A stretch of DNA of 41,467 bases from Bryobacteraceae bacterium (GCA_030044325.1 JASHWA010000013.1:1-41467), one strand, 5' to 3'; positions 26,349 to 35,971 are shown, counted from the first letter of the stretch. The notes: generated by a model not told the origin, from the letters alone. Numbers and translations: made by a program.

Positions 26349-26419
26349 GACAGATTCGTTTGATTCTATCCTGTTCCGCGCCCAGTTATGACGGATTATC
26401 GGCTGTATAAATTCCTTGG

Positions 26420-27440
26420 CTAAAAGATAATCTTGCCGCCGAGCCGGATGATTCTCGGCTGAACTTCGCCGCGGATCTGCAATTTCAACCTTTCGGTCAT
26501 CGAAAAGTTCTTGTAGATGGACGGGTCGATGCGCTGGAGCATGGGCGCCGTCAGTGTATTGCGGCCCACGCCGAACGGCGTTCCGAAGTACTTCTCGGCG
26601 GCGAGTGTGTTGTAGATCCAATGCACGTTCGAAACGGAGGTCGGCGTCGTCGTAATCGCCCCGTTCACGATCGCCACCACAGAGCCGCTCGATGTAATCT
26701 CGCCGACCGAGTTCAGCGGAGCGCTCGGATTCGTGAGAAACGGCCGCAGCGAGTCGCCGCCGCCGACGAAGCTCGAATCGGGGGCGTCTTCAAGGGGGTT
26801 GACGTTAAGGTTGGTCTCGACGACTGTTATCGGCCGCCCGGCCTGCGCGACCTCGAAGGCGCCAATGGTCCAGATGGCCGAGTACTTTCCCGAGGAAACC
26901 GTCGCGCTGCTGCGGCGTCCAGGCTACGCCCATCCGCGGCGCGAAATTCTCGGACGGCGCGGGATAGCTCGGGTAGGTGCGGTCCGCGAGCGGCAGCGCG
27001 GTGTTCCAGATTGCCGTGGAGGGATTGCTCTCGCGCGCCACGGTTTCCTGGTTGAGCAGGTTGAGCGGCTGGCCGGAATACTCGTAGCGAAGGCCCAGAT
27101 TGAACGTCAGATTTGGACGAAAGCGAAAATCGTCCTGAATGTAATACGCCTGATCAAGCTCGTGCGGTTTCTCGACCGCAATGCCGGCCGCGCCGGCGAA
27201 ACTTGACGGCGTATCGTTCAAATACTGCTGGAAGTTACTGAACGTGTACACACCGTTGGCGTTCGGTAAGAAACCAATCGCCGTGTTGTCGTTGATGTAC
27301 TGGAAACCCGTTTTTAGCGCGTGCCTGCCGAGCTGCTTGCTCAGATTGTCCTGATATTGATAGCTGTTCAGCTCGCTATAGGCGGGCACCGTCCAGTGGC
27401 TGAACCCGAATGCGTTCGTTTCAGTGGTCGATCCGAGCAC
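26420..27440 (-). pseudogene. TonB-dependent receptor remnant (C-terminal roughly one third of the barrel) with at least one frameshift near 26890
   Basis: FGFSHWTVPAYSELNSYQYQDNLSKQLGRHALKTGFQYIND...YYIQDDFRFRPNLTFNLGLRYEY...PRMGVAWTP. After a frame change it reads GKYSAIWTIGAFEV...NTLTAPMLQRIDPSIYKNFSMTERLKLQIRGEVQPRIIRLGGKIIF* (a typical C-terminal Phe). No N-terminal plug is present. Confidence 0.7.
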
Positions 27441-27792
27441 GGGCGCCTGCATCGGCGGCGATTCGCCGCAGAGCTGCCAGTTCGGCAACCTGGGACGCAA
27501 TGCCCTCCGTGGGCCCGATTTCGTGTGGTCTGATCTGTACCTCACCCGGTGGATCCAACTGACCGAGCGTGTGAAACTGCGCATCGACGGACAATTCTTC
27601 AACGTCTTCAACCATCCGAATTTCGGCCTGCCGGTGGTCGGCTACGCGGGAATTCCGGGCAACCCATCGACGCAAACCGGTTTCGGAGCGCTAACGTTTA
27701 CGACTTCGCCGCCGACGGGATTACTCGGCGTCGGATTGGGCGGCGACAGTTCGCCGCGGATGATCGCCTTTCAGGCGCGGCTGGAGTTCTAA
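27424..27792 (+). pseudogene. TonB-dependent receptor C-terminal fragment on the opposite strand
   Basis: FGNLGRNALRGPDFVWSDLYLTRWIQLTERVKLRIDGQFFNVFNHPNFGLP...GGDSSPRMIAFQARLEF*. Only the last 110 or so residues of a receptor are present, abutting the minus-strand remnant head to head. Confidence 0.65.
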
Positions 27793-27958
27793 GAAGTCCC
27801 TGCCACAAGGGCTTCTGACTCCATAGGTCAAGTTTCGGGCTCATAACGCGCCTTGCCGAGATCGTCAGCGACACGGAAGCTACCCAGCTAAACGGTTCGC
27901 TATGTCGCGACCTGATTTTCTTATAAATGGCTCGGGCAGGATGATACGATCAAATTAC

Positions 27959-28355
27959 ATGCCAACCGAACAGATTGTTTCTTTGCTCATCGCCGAACGT
28001 GATCGACTTTCCAGGGCGATCGATGCCCTACAAGGACCAGCGCGCCGCCGCGACCGTCGAACGGCAAGCGCGTCGACGAACGACGCTGCCGCAGTTACGA
28101 TCGCCACGACGGCCCCGAAGAAGCGAAGGATGAGCGCCGCCGGGTCGTAAGAGGATCGCGGAGGCGGCGCTCCGTCGATGGGCCTCCATTAAAGCCGCGA
28201 AGGCAGCTCCGAAAACGGCTCCTGTGTCCACCCGTGCGGGCGAGAATGCTCCCGCCGCAAAACCCGTTGCCAAGAAACGCCACATCAGCGCGCCTGCTCG
28301 AAAGGCCATGGGCGATGCGGCGAGGCGGCGGTGGGCGGCGGCCAAGGCTATTTAG
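27959..28355 (+). pseudogene. Full-length copy B of the small basic gene family, interrupted by a +1 frame change at 28142-28150
   Basis: MPTEQIVSLLIAERDRLSRAIDALQGP...APKKRRMSAAGS* then, in the +1 frame, GRKRIAEAALRRWASIKAAKAAPKTAP...KKRHISAPARKAMGDAARRRWAAAKAI*. The end lies 6 nt from the stop of the convergent kinase gene. Confidence 0.55.
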
Positions 28356-28361
28356 CGCGGC

Positions 28362-30779
28362 TTACTCGGCGAGACCCATGCGGTGCCGCAAATCGACGAA
28401 GTACGGCTCGGAGCGAAGGTAGTCGGCGGCTGGGGATGCAACCAGATATGGCAATATTGCTGACCGGTCCAGATACGCTTTTTCCAGCCACAGCTCCAGA
28501 TCGTCGACCGCCTGGAGACCAAGATAAACGAACGCAATGGTGGCCGGAGGGACGTAAGCACGATCGGAGAGCCCTATTAACTCCTCGATGATGTGCTGAG
28601 CATGCTCGCGCTTGGCAGAAAGCGCATACACGTGGCCGAGCATCCCAAGCGCTAACGGATGGCGCTCAGAAACCTCAACTGAGTCCTGGCAGTATCGAAT
28701 CGCCTCTTCCACCATGCCCTTCTGGACATAACTCTGGCCCAGTTGAAACAGCGTAGGAAAGTCATTCGAGCCAAGTTCCAAGCCCCTTCGGCCTTGTGTT
28801 ATCGCTTCATCATAGCGGCGGGCATAAAAGTACGCCCGCACCGCTCCAAAGTTTACGCTGGTGGATAATGGATCGAGATCGATTCCGCGTCTGGCCTGCT
28901 CGATGGCTTCATGATGTCGTCCTACGATGGACAGGTGATAGCTGTACCAAATATGAGCCAAAGGAGAATTAGGTTTCAGATCGATGGCGCGCTTGAACTT
29001 CTCTTCACTAACCGCCCAGTCCCAATAATGCAGATCTCTTGCAAAAGCTAGCGAGGCATAAGCATCGCCAAGATCATCGTCGATTTCGAGAGCCGTCGTG
29101 GCTGCTCGAATCGCACGCGGATAGATTTCGCTTGGTGGCTCCCGGCCCCACAAGCCCGCAATGCAGAGCAGGTCGCTGAGCCCGGCATACGGTAGCGCAT
29201 AGAGGGGATCCTTGGCGATAGCCCGCTCAAAATATTCCATGCCTTTTCGCATGAGTTCGGGAGTCCGTTGATTTTGTAAATACCTGCCTCTCAAATAGAG
29301 ATGATAAGCCTCCTTATCGTCGGTATCACCCCTCGCAGGCCGGCTCTTATCGATCGAGAACTTCATCTTCAGCGCCTCGGCAATCGCTGCCGCGATTTCA
29401 TCCTGCATGCCGAACACATCCGTCATTTCCCGGTCATAACGTTCGGACCACAGGTGCGTGCCATCCGCGGCGCTAATCAGCTGCGCCGTGACTCGGATGC
29501 GGTTGCCGGCCCGGCGCACGCTGCCTTCCAGAATGGTGCGCACGCCGAGAGCCTGGGCAATTTTCGAGATGCCCTGGTCTGTTCCGCGAAATGCAAACGC
29601 CGAAGTGCGCGCGATCACCTTGAGACCCGGGATCTTCGCCAGCACATTGATAATCTCCTCGGCCAGCCCGTCGCTGAAGTACTCGTTCTCTTTGTCAGCG
29701 CTCAAGTTTACAAATGGAAGTACGGCGATGGACGGCTGTTCCTCGGAGAGGTTCGCAGGAAGCCGTTCCAACGCCGACCTTACTTCCGCGATGCTCTGGA
29801 AACGTTCGGCTGGTTCTTTCTTGAGACAGCGCAGGACGACGAGCTCCAACGCCGGCGCAACCCGGAGCGGAGCGGGATCGTCACGCAGTACCGCGCTGAG
29901 CACTCGGGCCATGGAGTCCCCAACAAAAGCGCGCCGACCGGAGAGCATTTCATATAACACTGCGCCAAAACTGAAAATGTCCGACCGTTCATCAGAAGGT
30001 TCGCCTTCGGCCTGCTCCGGCGACATGTATGCGGGCGTGCCCATGAGAACGCCGGCTTGGCTGAGGCTCAGCGTCACCGTATTGTCATCCGGCGCGCTCA
30101 CGATACGCGCCAGCCCAAAATCCAGTAGCTTGATTCCCGCCGTGGTCACCTGAATATTGGCAGGCTTGAGGTCGCGGTGGATGAACCCCTTGCGGTGCGC
30201 GGCGTCCAGCGCATCGCAAATCTGTGATGCGTACTTCAACACTTGATCGGGCGGAAGAGGGCCATGCAATGGAGCGCCTTCTACGTATTCCATCACGATG
30301 AAGGTGCGTTGGCCCTGTTCGACGATGTCATGGATGGTGCAAATGTTGGGATGGTTGAGGGCGGACAAAGTGCGCGCTTCACGCCGGAAACGCTCCAGGG
30401 CCGCCGGATTATCTGTGAACTCGTTTGGCAGGGACTTGAGTGCCACTCTGCGGCCAAGACGCGCATCGTCGGCGGCGTAAACTCGCCCCATCCCGCCCGC
30501 TCCTATCAGCTCCGTGATCGAATATGGTCCAATCCGCTCTCCCACCAGATCATCGCCTCGGTCGCCGCGCTCGACTGGAAGTTGCTCGATTGCTTCTGCA
30601 ATGGCTGTACCCACCAGGCCCTGTTTCGACTTGTCGTTCGCCAACAGCGACTCGACCTGGCGTCGTAATTCGTCATCGCCAGCGCAACTTTCATCCAGGA
30701 ACGCATCTCGCAAAGCAGGCGGAAGACTCGCGGCTTGGTGAAACAGCTCCTCAATTCGCTGCCAGCGATCGTCGCTCAT
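28362..30779 (-). CDS. Ser/Thr protein kinase with a SIAVLPF-type module and C-terminal TPR (paralog of 24180..26348)
   Basis: The leader is MSDDRWQRIEELFHQAASLPP...ESCAGDDELRRQVESLLA. Kinase motifs are GAGGMGRVYAA, HRDLKPANIQ, DFGLAR and PAYMSPEQ. Then PSIAVLPFVNLSADKENEYFSDGLAEEIINVLAKIPGLKVIARTSAFAFRG and TPR. Confidence 0.9.
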   Translation of the reverse strand: MSDDRWQRIEELFHQAASLPPALRDAFLDESCAGDDELRRQVESLLANDKSKQGLVGTAIAEAIEQLPVERGDRGDDLVGERIGPYSITELIGAGGMGRVYAADDARLGRRVALKSLPNEFTDNPAALERFRREARTLSALNHPNICTIHDIVEQGQRTFIVMEYVEGAPLHGPLPPDQVLKYASQICDALDAAHRKGFIHRDLKPANIQVTTAGIKLLDFGLARIVSAPDDNTVTLSLSQAGVLMGTPAYMSPEQAEGEPSDERSDIFSFGAVLYEMLSGRRAFVGDSMARVLSAVLRDDPAPLRVAPALELVVLRCLKKEPAERFQSIAEVRSALERLPANLSEEQPSIAVLPFVNLSADKENEYFSDGLAEEIINVLAKIPGLKVIARTSAFAFRGTDQGISKIAQALGVRTILEGSVRRAGNRIRVTAQLISAADGTHLWSERYDREMTDVFGMQDEIAAAIAEALKMKFSIDKSRPARGDTDDKEAYHLYLRGRYLQNQRTPELMRKGMEYFERAIAKDPLYALPYAGLSDLLCIAGLWGREPPSEIYPRAIRAATTALEIDDDLGDAYASLAFARDLHYWDWAVSEEKFKRAIDLKPNSPLAHIWYSYHLSIVGRHHEAIEQARRGIDLDPLSTSVNFGAVRAYFYARRYDEAITQGRRGLELGSNDFPTLFQLGQSYVQKGMVEEAIRYCQDSVEVSERHPLALGMLGHVYALSAKREHAQHIIEELIGLSDRAYVPPATIAFVYLGLQAVDDLELWLEKAYLDRSAILPYLVASPAADYLRSEPYFVDLRHRMGLAE

Positions 30780-30791
30780 CTCAGAATCGGA

Positions 30792-31355
30792 TTAACCCTG
30801 AAGAAATCGTCGCAGCCACGCTTCTCCTATCCGAAGGTCGCGCTTGACTGTGGCCAGACTCACGCCGAGCGCGGTAGCGATCTCCTCGCGCTGCATGCCG
30901 CCGAAATACCGCCACTCGATGACCTTCGCTTTGCGCTCATCTACCTTAGCCAGTTCGTCCAGTGCTTCGTTCACTTCCAGGACGTCCGGAGCCCGAGGGG
31001 GAGACAGGACCATGTTCTCGGTCACGGTAATCGCCTCGGCAGCGCCGCCGCGCTTGGCGGCATTTCGCGCGCGAACGCAATCGACCAAAACGATCCGCAT
31101 CAGCCGGGCGGCGATGCCATAGAAGTGCGCCCGGCTGTCCCATCGCACTGGCTGTGATTGGTCGATCAGGCGCAGCCAGGCTTCGTTGATGAGCGCCGTC
31201 GGTTGCAACGTTTGGTTGGGGCGCCTCCTCCTCAGGTACGACATGGCCAGCGCGTGCAGTTCCCTGTGAACCTGGGGCGCAAGCTCCGCGAGCGCTCTTT
31301 GATCTCCATCGCTCCATTGAATCAACAGCCCCGTAATAGAGGGAGACGCGTCCAT
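30792..31355 (-). CDS. ECF RNA polymerase sigma factor (TIGR02999-type), coupled to the downstream kinase
   Basis: ITGLLIQWSDGDQRALAELAPQVHRELHALAMSYLRRRRPNQTLQPTALINEAWLRLIDQ...WDSRAHFYGIAARLMRIVLVDCVRA, plus region 4 IEWRYFGGMQREEIATALGVSLATVKRDL. The gap to the kinase ATG is 12 nt. Confidence 0.9.
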   Translation of the reverse strand: MDASPSITGLLIQWSDGDQRALAELAPQVHRELHALAMSYLRRRRPNQTLQPTALINEAWLRLIDQSQPVRWDSRAHFYGIAARLMRIVLVDCVRARNAAKRGGAAEAITVTENMVLSPPRAPDVLEVNEALDELAKVDERKAKVIEWRYFGGMQREEIATALGVSLATVKRDLRIGEAWLRRFLQG

Positions 31356-31500
31356 TAGGAGTATTCTGTCACAAGCAAAGCTTTCCGGAGTTAGCCACTT
31401 CGTATCGCTTTTGCGAAGGAGTCAGGTGAAGGCGCATTGTGATTGCGTGCACGCGCCGGTAATGGCAATTTTCGATTCGCTGCAAAAAGAGGAGGTACCC

Positions 31501-32904
31501 ATGATCACAGAATCCGCTCTCTCGACTTTCCGCAGTTCGCTGCGGGGGCAATTGATTCTTCCGGGCCAGCCCGGATATGACGAAGCGCGCAAAATCCACA
31601 ATGCGATGATCGATCGCCGGCCTACCCTGATCGCGCGGTGCGCAGGAGTGGCTGACGTGATCGCGGCCGTGAAGTTTGCCCGGAGTCACGATGTGCTCGT
31701 ATCGGTCCGCGGGGCGGGCCACAACGTGGCGGGTACCTCGCTGTGTGACGGAGGCATGGTGATCGATCTGGGAGGAATGAAAGGCATCCGAGTTCATCCT
31801 GGAACGCACACAGCACGGGTCGAGCCGGGCGTCACCTGGGCCGAGTTTAACCATGAGCTGCAAGCCTTCGGGCTGGCAGCGACTGGGGGCTACGTTGGCA
31901 CAACCGGGGTTGCGGGCCTCACGGTGGGTGGCGGGCTGGGCTGGATGGTCCGCAAGCACGGCCTCGCTCTCGATAACCTGTTATCCGCGGATGTAATCAC
32001 CGCGGACGGCGAACTCCTTACCGCCAGTTCTACTGAGAACGCGGACCTGTTCTGGGGAATCCGCGGCGCTGGTGGAAATTTCGGCATCGTTACTTCGTTC
32101 GAGTTCCAGGTCTACCCTGCGGGGACGGTCCTGGCGGGTTTGGTTTTGCATCCAGCATCCAAAGGCAGGGAACTGCTGCGCTATTGGCGCAAATTCGGGC
32201 CAGCTGCGCCGGAAGAAATGACCGACGGCGCACTGCTGTTTACTGCCGCGCCTGAAGTGACTGTTCCGGAGACGCTGCGACAGGGAGCGATTTTGGGGCT
32301 TGGCGGCGTTTATGTGGGTGATCTGGATACTGGCGAGAAAATCGTTCGGCCGCTGCGCGAATTTGATGCACCGGCCGCCGACATTTTCCAGCGCATGCCG
32401 TACAGCGCCGCTCAGACCATGGCGGACTTTCTGTGGCCCAGGGGTACCTACAATTATTGGAAATCAAACTTTCTGAAGTCGCTTAGTGATGCCGCGATCG
32501 ACACGATTCTCGAGTATTACTCCAAAGCGCCGTCAACGCTAACCGTGGTTGTCTTGGAGCACAACGGCCACGGTGCGATGGAGCGCGTCCCGGAAGACGT
32601 GACCGCCTTCGGACACCGGAACTGGCCTTTCAATATCGTGGTTACGACGATGTGGACCGATGCAGCGGATAGCGATGCCAATATCCGCTGGACCCGCGAG
32701 TTTTGGGATGCGATGCGCCCGTTTCTGGCCGACGCGCTGTACGTGAACTATTTGAGCGATACAGGCGAAGATTTGGTCCGGGCGGCATATGGCCGGAAAT
32801 ATGAGCGGCTAGTGGCGCTCAAGAACAAGTACGACCCCACCAATTTCTTCCGCATGAACCAAAACATCAGGCCGACCGCGGCAGCTGCCAGCACGGTACC
32901 TTGA
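31501..32904 (+). CDS. FAD-linked oxidase (PCMH-type FAD binding plus a berberine-bridge-enzyme-like C-terminus)
   Basis: ATG at 31501 follows GAGGAGG. The sequence reads PTLIARCAGVADVIAAVKFARSHDVLVSVRGAGHNVAG...GGYVGTTGVAGLTVGGGLGW. The C-terminus is YGRKYERLVALKNKYDPTNFFRMNQNI. Confidence 0.85.
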   Translation: MITESALSTFRSSLRGQLILPGQPGYDEARKIHNAMIDRRPTLIARCAGVADVIAAVKFARSHDVLVSVRGAGHNVAGTSLCDGGMVIDLGGMKGIRVHPGTHTARVEPGVTWAEFNHELQAFGLAATGGYVGTTGVAGLTVGGGLGWMVRKHGLALDNLLSADVITADGELLTASSTENADLFWGIRGAGGNFGIVTSFEFQVYPAGTVLAGLVLHPASKGRELLRYWRKFGPAAPEEMTDGALLFTAAPEVTVPETLRQGAILGLGGVYVGDLDTGEKIVRPLREFDAPAADIFQRMPYSAAQTMADFLWPRGTYNYWKSNFLKSLSDAAIDTILEYYSKAPSTLTVVVLEHNGHGAMERVPEDVTAFGHRNWPFNIVVTTMWTDAADSDANIRWTREFWDAMRPFLADALYVNYLSDTGEDLVRAAYGRKYERLVALKNKYDPTNFFRMNQNIRPTAAAASTVP

Positions 32905-32980
32905 TCGACTGGCTTCGGCTGCGGTTAGCCGCACGAATCGGCAAACTCGGCGCATGCTGTGTCAGCCTGCCGCACGTGTC

Positions 32981-33126
32981 ACCACGAAGCGCCAAATCAG
33001 CGCGACCGGACAAAGGGCATCGCAGAAGCCGCCCGCGACGCTCGGCAGCGATTCAGGCGCAAGGCGGCTCCCAAGGCGTCGAAGGCAGCGGCGGCCAAGA
33101 AAAGCGCGGGGACCAAGGCGGCATAG
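32981..33126 (+). repeat. Partial copy E of the small basic gene family (3' unit only)
   Basis: TKRQISATGQ, then across a frame change AIAEAARDARQRFRRKAAPKASKAAAAKKSAGTKAA*. The 3' end GCCAAGAAAAGCGCGGGGACCAAGGCGGCATAG matches that of copy A. Confidence 0.55.
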
Positions 33127-33139
33127 CGTGCCGCTCGAA

Positions 33140-33360
33140 CGCCCCTGGCGCCGGCGTTACCAGGTCGGCGATGATCAGCGGTGGCGGATGAGGGCTCGGG
33201 AAAACGGTGCCGACTGCCGCGGCGAAAGCTGTCCCCGCTGCTCCGGCCGCAAGACCCGCCCGGAAAGAACGCAGCATCAGCGCGGCGGCGCTGGGCGGCG
33301 GCTCGGGCGGCGAAGGCTGCACCTGCGGCCAGGAAAAGGGCGGGGAGCAACGCTGCTTAA
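33140..33360 (+). repeat. Partial copy F (both basic repeat units, frameshifted), in tandem with copy E
   Basis: KTVPTAAAKAVPAAPAARPARKERSISAAA, then in another frame RRRWAAARAAKAAPAARKRAGSNAA*. The end lies 8 nt from the stop of the convergent YecA-like gene. Confidence 0.55.
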
Positions 33361-33368
33361 AGTAACCG

Positions 33369-34043
33369 CTATTGAACGATTGGACGACCGCAGCAGCGCT
33401 TATACTTTTTCCCAGAACCGCACGGACACTGATCGTTCCTTCCAATTTTTCTGGCCCTTTCGGCTCCTGCAGGACGATCTATGCGTTGCCGGAAGTAGCG
33501 GTAGGCTCGCACGACGCCGGCGGCCATATGGACGATAATCTCTTCCCTCTGCTCCGGTCCAATCGGAGCCGGCCGCAGTTCAGGGTCTTGATCGTGCTCG
33601 TGATAAAGCATCAGCGCAGGGATCATACATCCGCCCTGTTCCTCGTCGTTTAGAAGCTCTGCCCATGCTTCCCGTCGCATACCGGTGCCGCGGATGAAAC
33701 CCCGCGACCAGGCATTGCCCGCACACACGCCGTTTTCGTCTTCGAGCAAAAGCGGCACGTGAACATCGCCTCGATTTAGGGCGTACGCGATCGTGTTCCA
33801 CTGCCGCATCATCAACCCTAAGACTTCGTTGGCGTCATCGAGCGAGTCGAATTTGCAGGTTTCCGACGTCTCACCGCCGAACACTTCTGGCAGATACTCA
33901 CTGGGTGGCACAAGCTCAGGGCCAGCAATGAGTGCCGCGAAGAAACCGTCCAATTCTTCGAGATTCATCGCCCGGCCGCCCTTAACGTGTTTTAGAAACT
34001 CTGCCAGTCGATCTAATTCTGCTTCTGTCAGACTTCCGTTCAT
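33369..34043 (-). CDS. YecA/UPF0149-family protein with a C-terminal SEC-C metal-binding motif
   Basis: The N-terminus reads LTEAELDRLAEFL...MNLEELDGFFAALIAGPELVPPSEYLPEVFG. The C-terminus reads GRNDQCPCGSGKKYKRCCG. Confidence 0.85.
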   Translation of the reverse strand: MNGSLTEAELDRLAEFLKHVKGGRAMNLEELDGFFAALIAGPELVPPSEYLPEVFGGETSETCKFDSLDDANEVLGLMMRQWNTIAYALNRGDVHVPLLLEDENGVCAGNAWSRGFIRGTGMRREAWAELLNDEEQGGCMIPALMLYHEHDQDPELRPAPIGPEQREEIIVHMAAGVVRAYRYFRQRIDRPAGAERARKIGRNDQCPCGSGKKYKRCCGRPIVQ

Positions 34044-34149
34044 GACCGTGTACGTCTGGTAGCATAACCGATCCGAAGTCGTCTCCCCACCTTCCGCCGG
34101 CGGGAATCGCCGAATTCATCTCGCTGGCGAAAGAGGCCGTCTTCGACCG

Positions 34150-34272
34150 CGGCGCCGATTAGGAGAAGCGCCGGGTCAGCGCGGCGGCGCGTAAGGCGAT
34201 GGCGGACTTGGCGAGGCGAAGGCGAAGTCTGCGCTGCTAAGAAAGGCGCGGGAAGCAAGGCTGCCTTTTTTA
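34150..34272 (+). repeat. Partial copy G of the small basic gene family
   Basis: EKRRVSAAARKAMADLARRRR, then a frame change to ...SAAAKKGAGSKAA, followed by a T6 run. Confidence 0.5.
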
Positions 34273-34328
34273 GGGAGCCGCCGCTCAGCTTTCAACTACG
34301 TTTGGAACCCCGTGCGAATTTGTTGGCC

Positions 34329-34814
34329 TTACTGCTTGTCGTAGACGATCATTCTGCTTACAGGCTTGCCGTTGGTGTCGGTTCCTTTCGCTGTGATTGT
34401 CCTGACCTTCCCGTCCTTGGACACTACATCTCGTCCTCTCAGAACGACCTTTCCAGCTTTCTTGAAAGTGTTTTCTACTGTGTCGGGATTGATTCGCTTC
34501 AGGGAAACGGTATCGGCCCCGTTCAGCGCTCCTGTCGTCCCCGAAACGGGATTATCCTTTCCGTCGTAATTCGCGGTGAAGCTCCACGCGGTGTGGTTTC
34601 CATCGGCGGCAGTACCATCGGTGCTAACTTTTACGCCGTTGCCTTGGGCTTCAATTGTTGTCATCTGACTCTGCGGCGCCGGCCCAGGACTGTATTTCGA
34701 CTTCGCAGTGTTCAGTTTCCACGTACCGATAAAGGGGTTGCCCTGGGCCCGCAAGACGCCCGGCACGGTCAGGCCAAGGATAACAACGGCGCCAAATCCT
34801 AAAATCCGCTTCAT
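34329..34814 (-). CDS. Secreted lipocalin-like / beta-barrel protein
   Basis: I chose the start at ATG 34814 (AGGAGAGA upstream). The signal peptide is MKRILGFGAVVILGLTVPGVLRAQG, followed by the GTWKLNTAKSKY motif typical of lipocalin-like domain proteins. Confidence 0.7.
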   Translation of the reverse strand: MKRILGFGAVVILGLTVPGVLRAQGNPFIGTWKLNTAKSKYSPGPAPQSQMTTIEAQGNGVKVSTDGTAADGNHTAWSFTANYDGKDNPVSGTTGALNGADTVSLKRINPDTVENTFKKAGKVVLRGRDVVSKDGKVRTITAKGTDTNGKPVSRMIVYDKQ

Positions 34815-35029
34815 GGGATCTCTCCTTCTGGAGTTCTTATCTAACGGGAATTTGAGATTAGCAGACACGCCGGACGCAGCCCACTCCCGTCCAGAAGATC
34901 TGCTGAAACGAATCGTTGCCTGATTTTATGGGAGATGGGCGGAAAAATCAATGGGTCCGATTTTTTTGTTTTTTAGACCAGCCGCCTGGCAAGCCCTTTG
35001 CTTCAATTTGAATCGGCTGACGCCACGCA

Positions 35030-35200
35030 GCGGGCAGAATGCGCGGATAAGGCCACGCGCAACGCCGGTCACGATGAGGCGCCGGTCGGCCCGGCGGCGC
35101 GAAATGCAATGGCGACGCGGCGAAGCGGAGGTGGGCGGCAGCCAAGGCGGCGAAGTCGGCATCGGCGGCCAAGAAAGGCGCGGGGAGCAAGGCTGCTTAG
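35030..35200 (+). repeat. Partial copy H of the small basic gene family
   Basis: RRVSPAARNAMATRRS, then a frame change to AAKRRWAAAKAAKSASAAKKGAGSKAA*. This copy accounts for the spurious N-terminal extension of track ORF 34951..35772. Confidence 0.55.
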
Positions 35201-35304
35201 TCATTCTGGGCCGCCCGAAGCCGATGGCCGAGACAACATTCGATATTTCCTGGTCGGCGATGACCGGCGCTGGTGCTCGTGGAAATGGTAAGCTCATCTC
35301 CAAA

Positions 35305-35772
35305 ATGAAAACTACCCTGCTTTTACTCCTCATGCTGGGCATGAATAGCCCCGCCCAAAATAAGGCCGATCTGGTAGGCACATGGAAGCTTGTCTCCGCT
35401 TGGGGTACGGGACCGGATGGCTCGCGCGCGCCAACATACGGAGAGAACCCGACGGGTTTTTTGACCTACACGCCAGAAGGCCGCATGATTGTCATTGTCG
35501 GCAGGAGCGATCGCAAGCGACTTTCCGGTAATCGCGTGACCTCGTCGGAAGCCGAACGCGCCGAGGCGTTTTCCACGATCCTCGCCTATGCGGGCCCATA
35601 CTCGGTCGATCAGGGCAAGGTGATTCATCACATCGAAGCGTGTACGTACCCGAACTGGATCGGCTCGCATCAGGTGCGCACGATGAAGCTCGAAGGTGAT
35701 CGCCTGACGCTCGTTTCCCAAACGGCGTTGGACGGTGGAAACGCGGTGTTGGTGTGGCAGCGAATGAAATGA
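35305..35772 (+). CDS. Secreted lipocalin-like domain protein
   Basis: The start at ATG 35305 gives the signal peptide MKTTLLLLLMLGMNSPAQ. The sequence reads LVGTWKLVSAWGTGPDGS...NPTGFLTYTPEGRMIVI...ILAYAGPYSVDQGKVIHHIE. Confidence 0.75.
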   Translation: MKTTLLLLLMLGMNSPAQNKADLVGTWKLVSAWGTGPDGSRAPTYGENPTGFLTYTPEGRMIVIVGRSDRKRLSGNRVTSSEAERAEAFSTILAYAGPYSVDQGKVIHHIEACTYPNWIGSHQVRTMKLEGDRLTLVSQTALDGGNAVLVWQRMK

Positions 35773-35971
35773 TTGAGCGCCGCTCCTCGGCAAAACGCCT
35801 TGGAAGCAGTTGACCCGGGCACAACCGACCCCGCAGAAGCGCTGGATCATCGCGGCTGCGCGAAAGGTGATGGGAGATGGCGAAGGCGCGGCTTCGGTCA
35901 GCGCAGCGAACTCTGTACTCGCCCCAAGAGAAATGAACGGCTCGCGATAAAACCGGAGGAGACGCGAAGAG

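Noticed and set aside
26349-26621. Upstream 91 codons of the track ORF for the kinase at 24180
   Set aside because: They overlap the receptor remnant's 3' end and look non-coding. The canonical kinase N-terminus (MSLSAGTRLGPYEIL) begins at ATG 26348.
31369-31959. 196-aa minus-strand ORF upstream of and within the FAD oxidase gene
   Set aside because: It is antisense to a gene with clear FAD-binding motifs and has no motif of its own.
34951-35304. N-terminal 118 codons of track ORF 34951..35772
   Set aside because: This part is a translation of repeat copy H in the wrong frame. A signal peptide begins at the internal ATG 35305.
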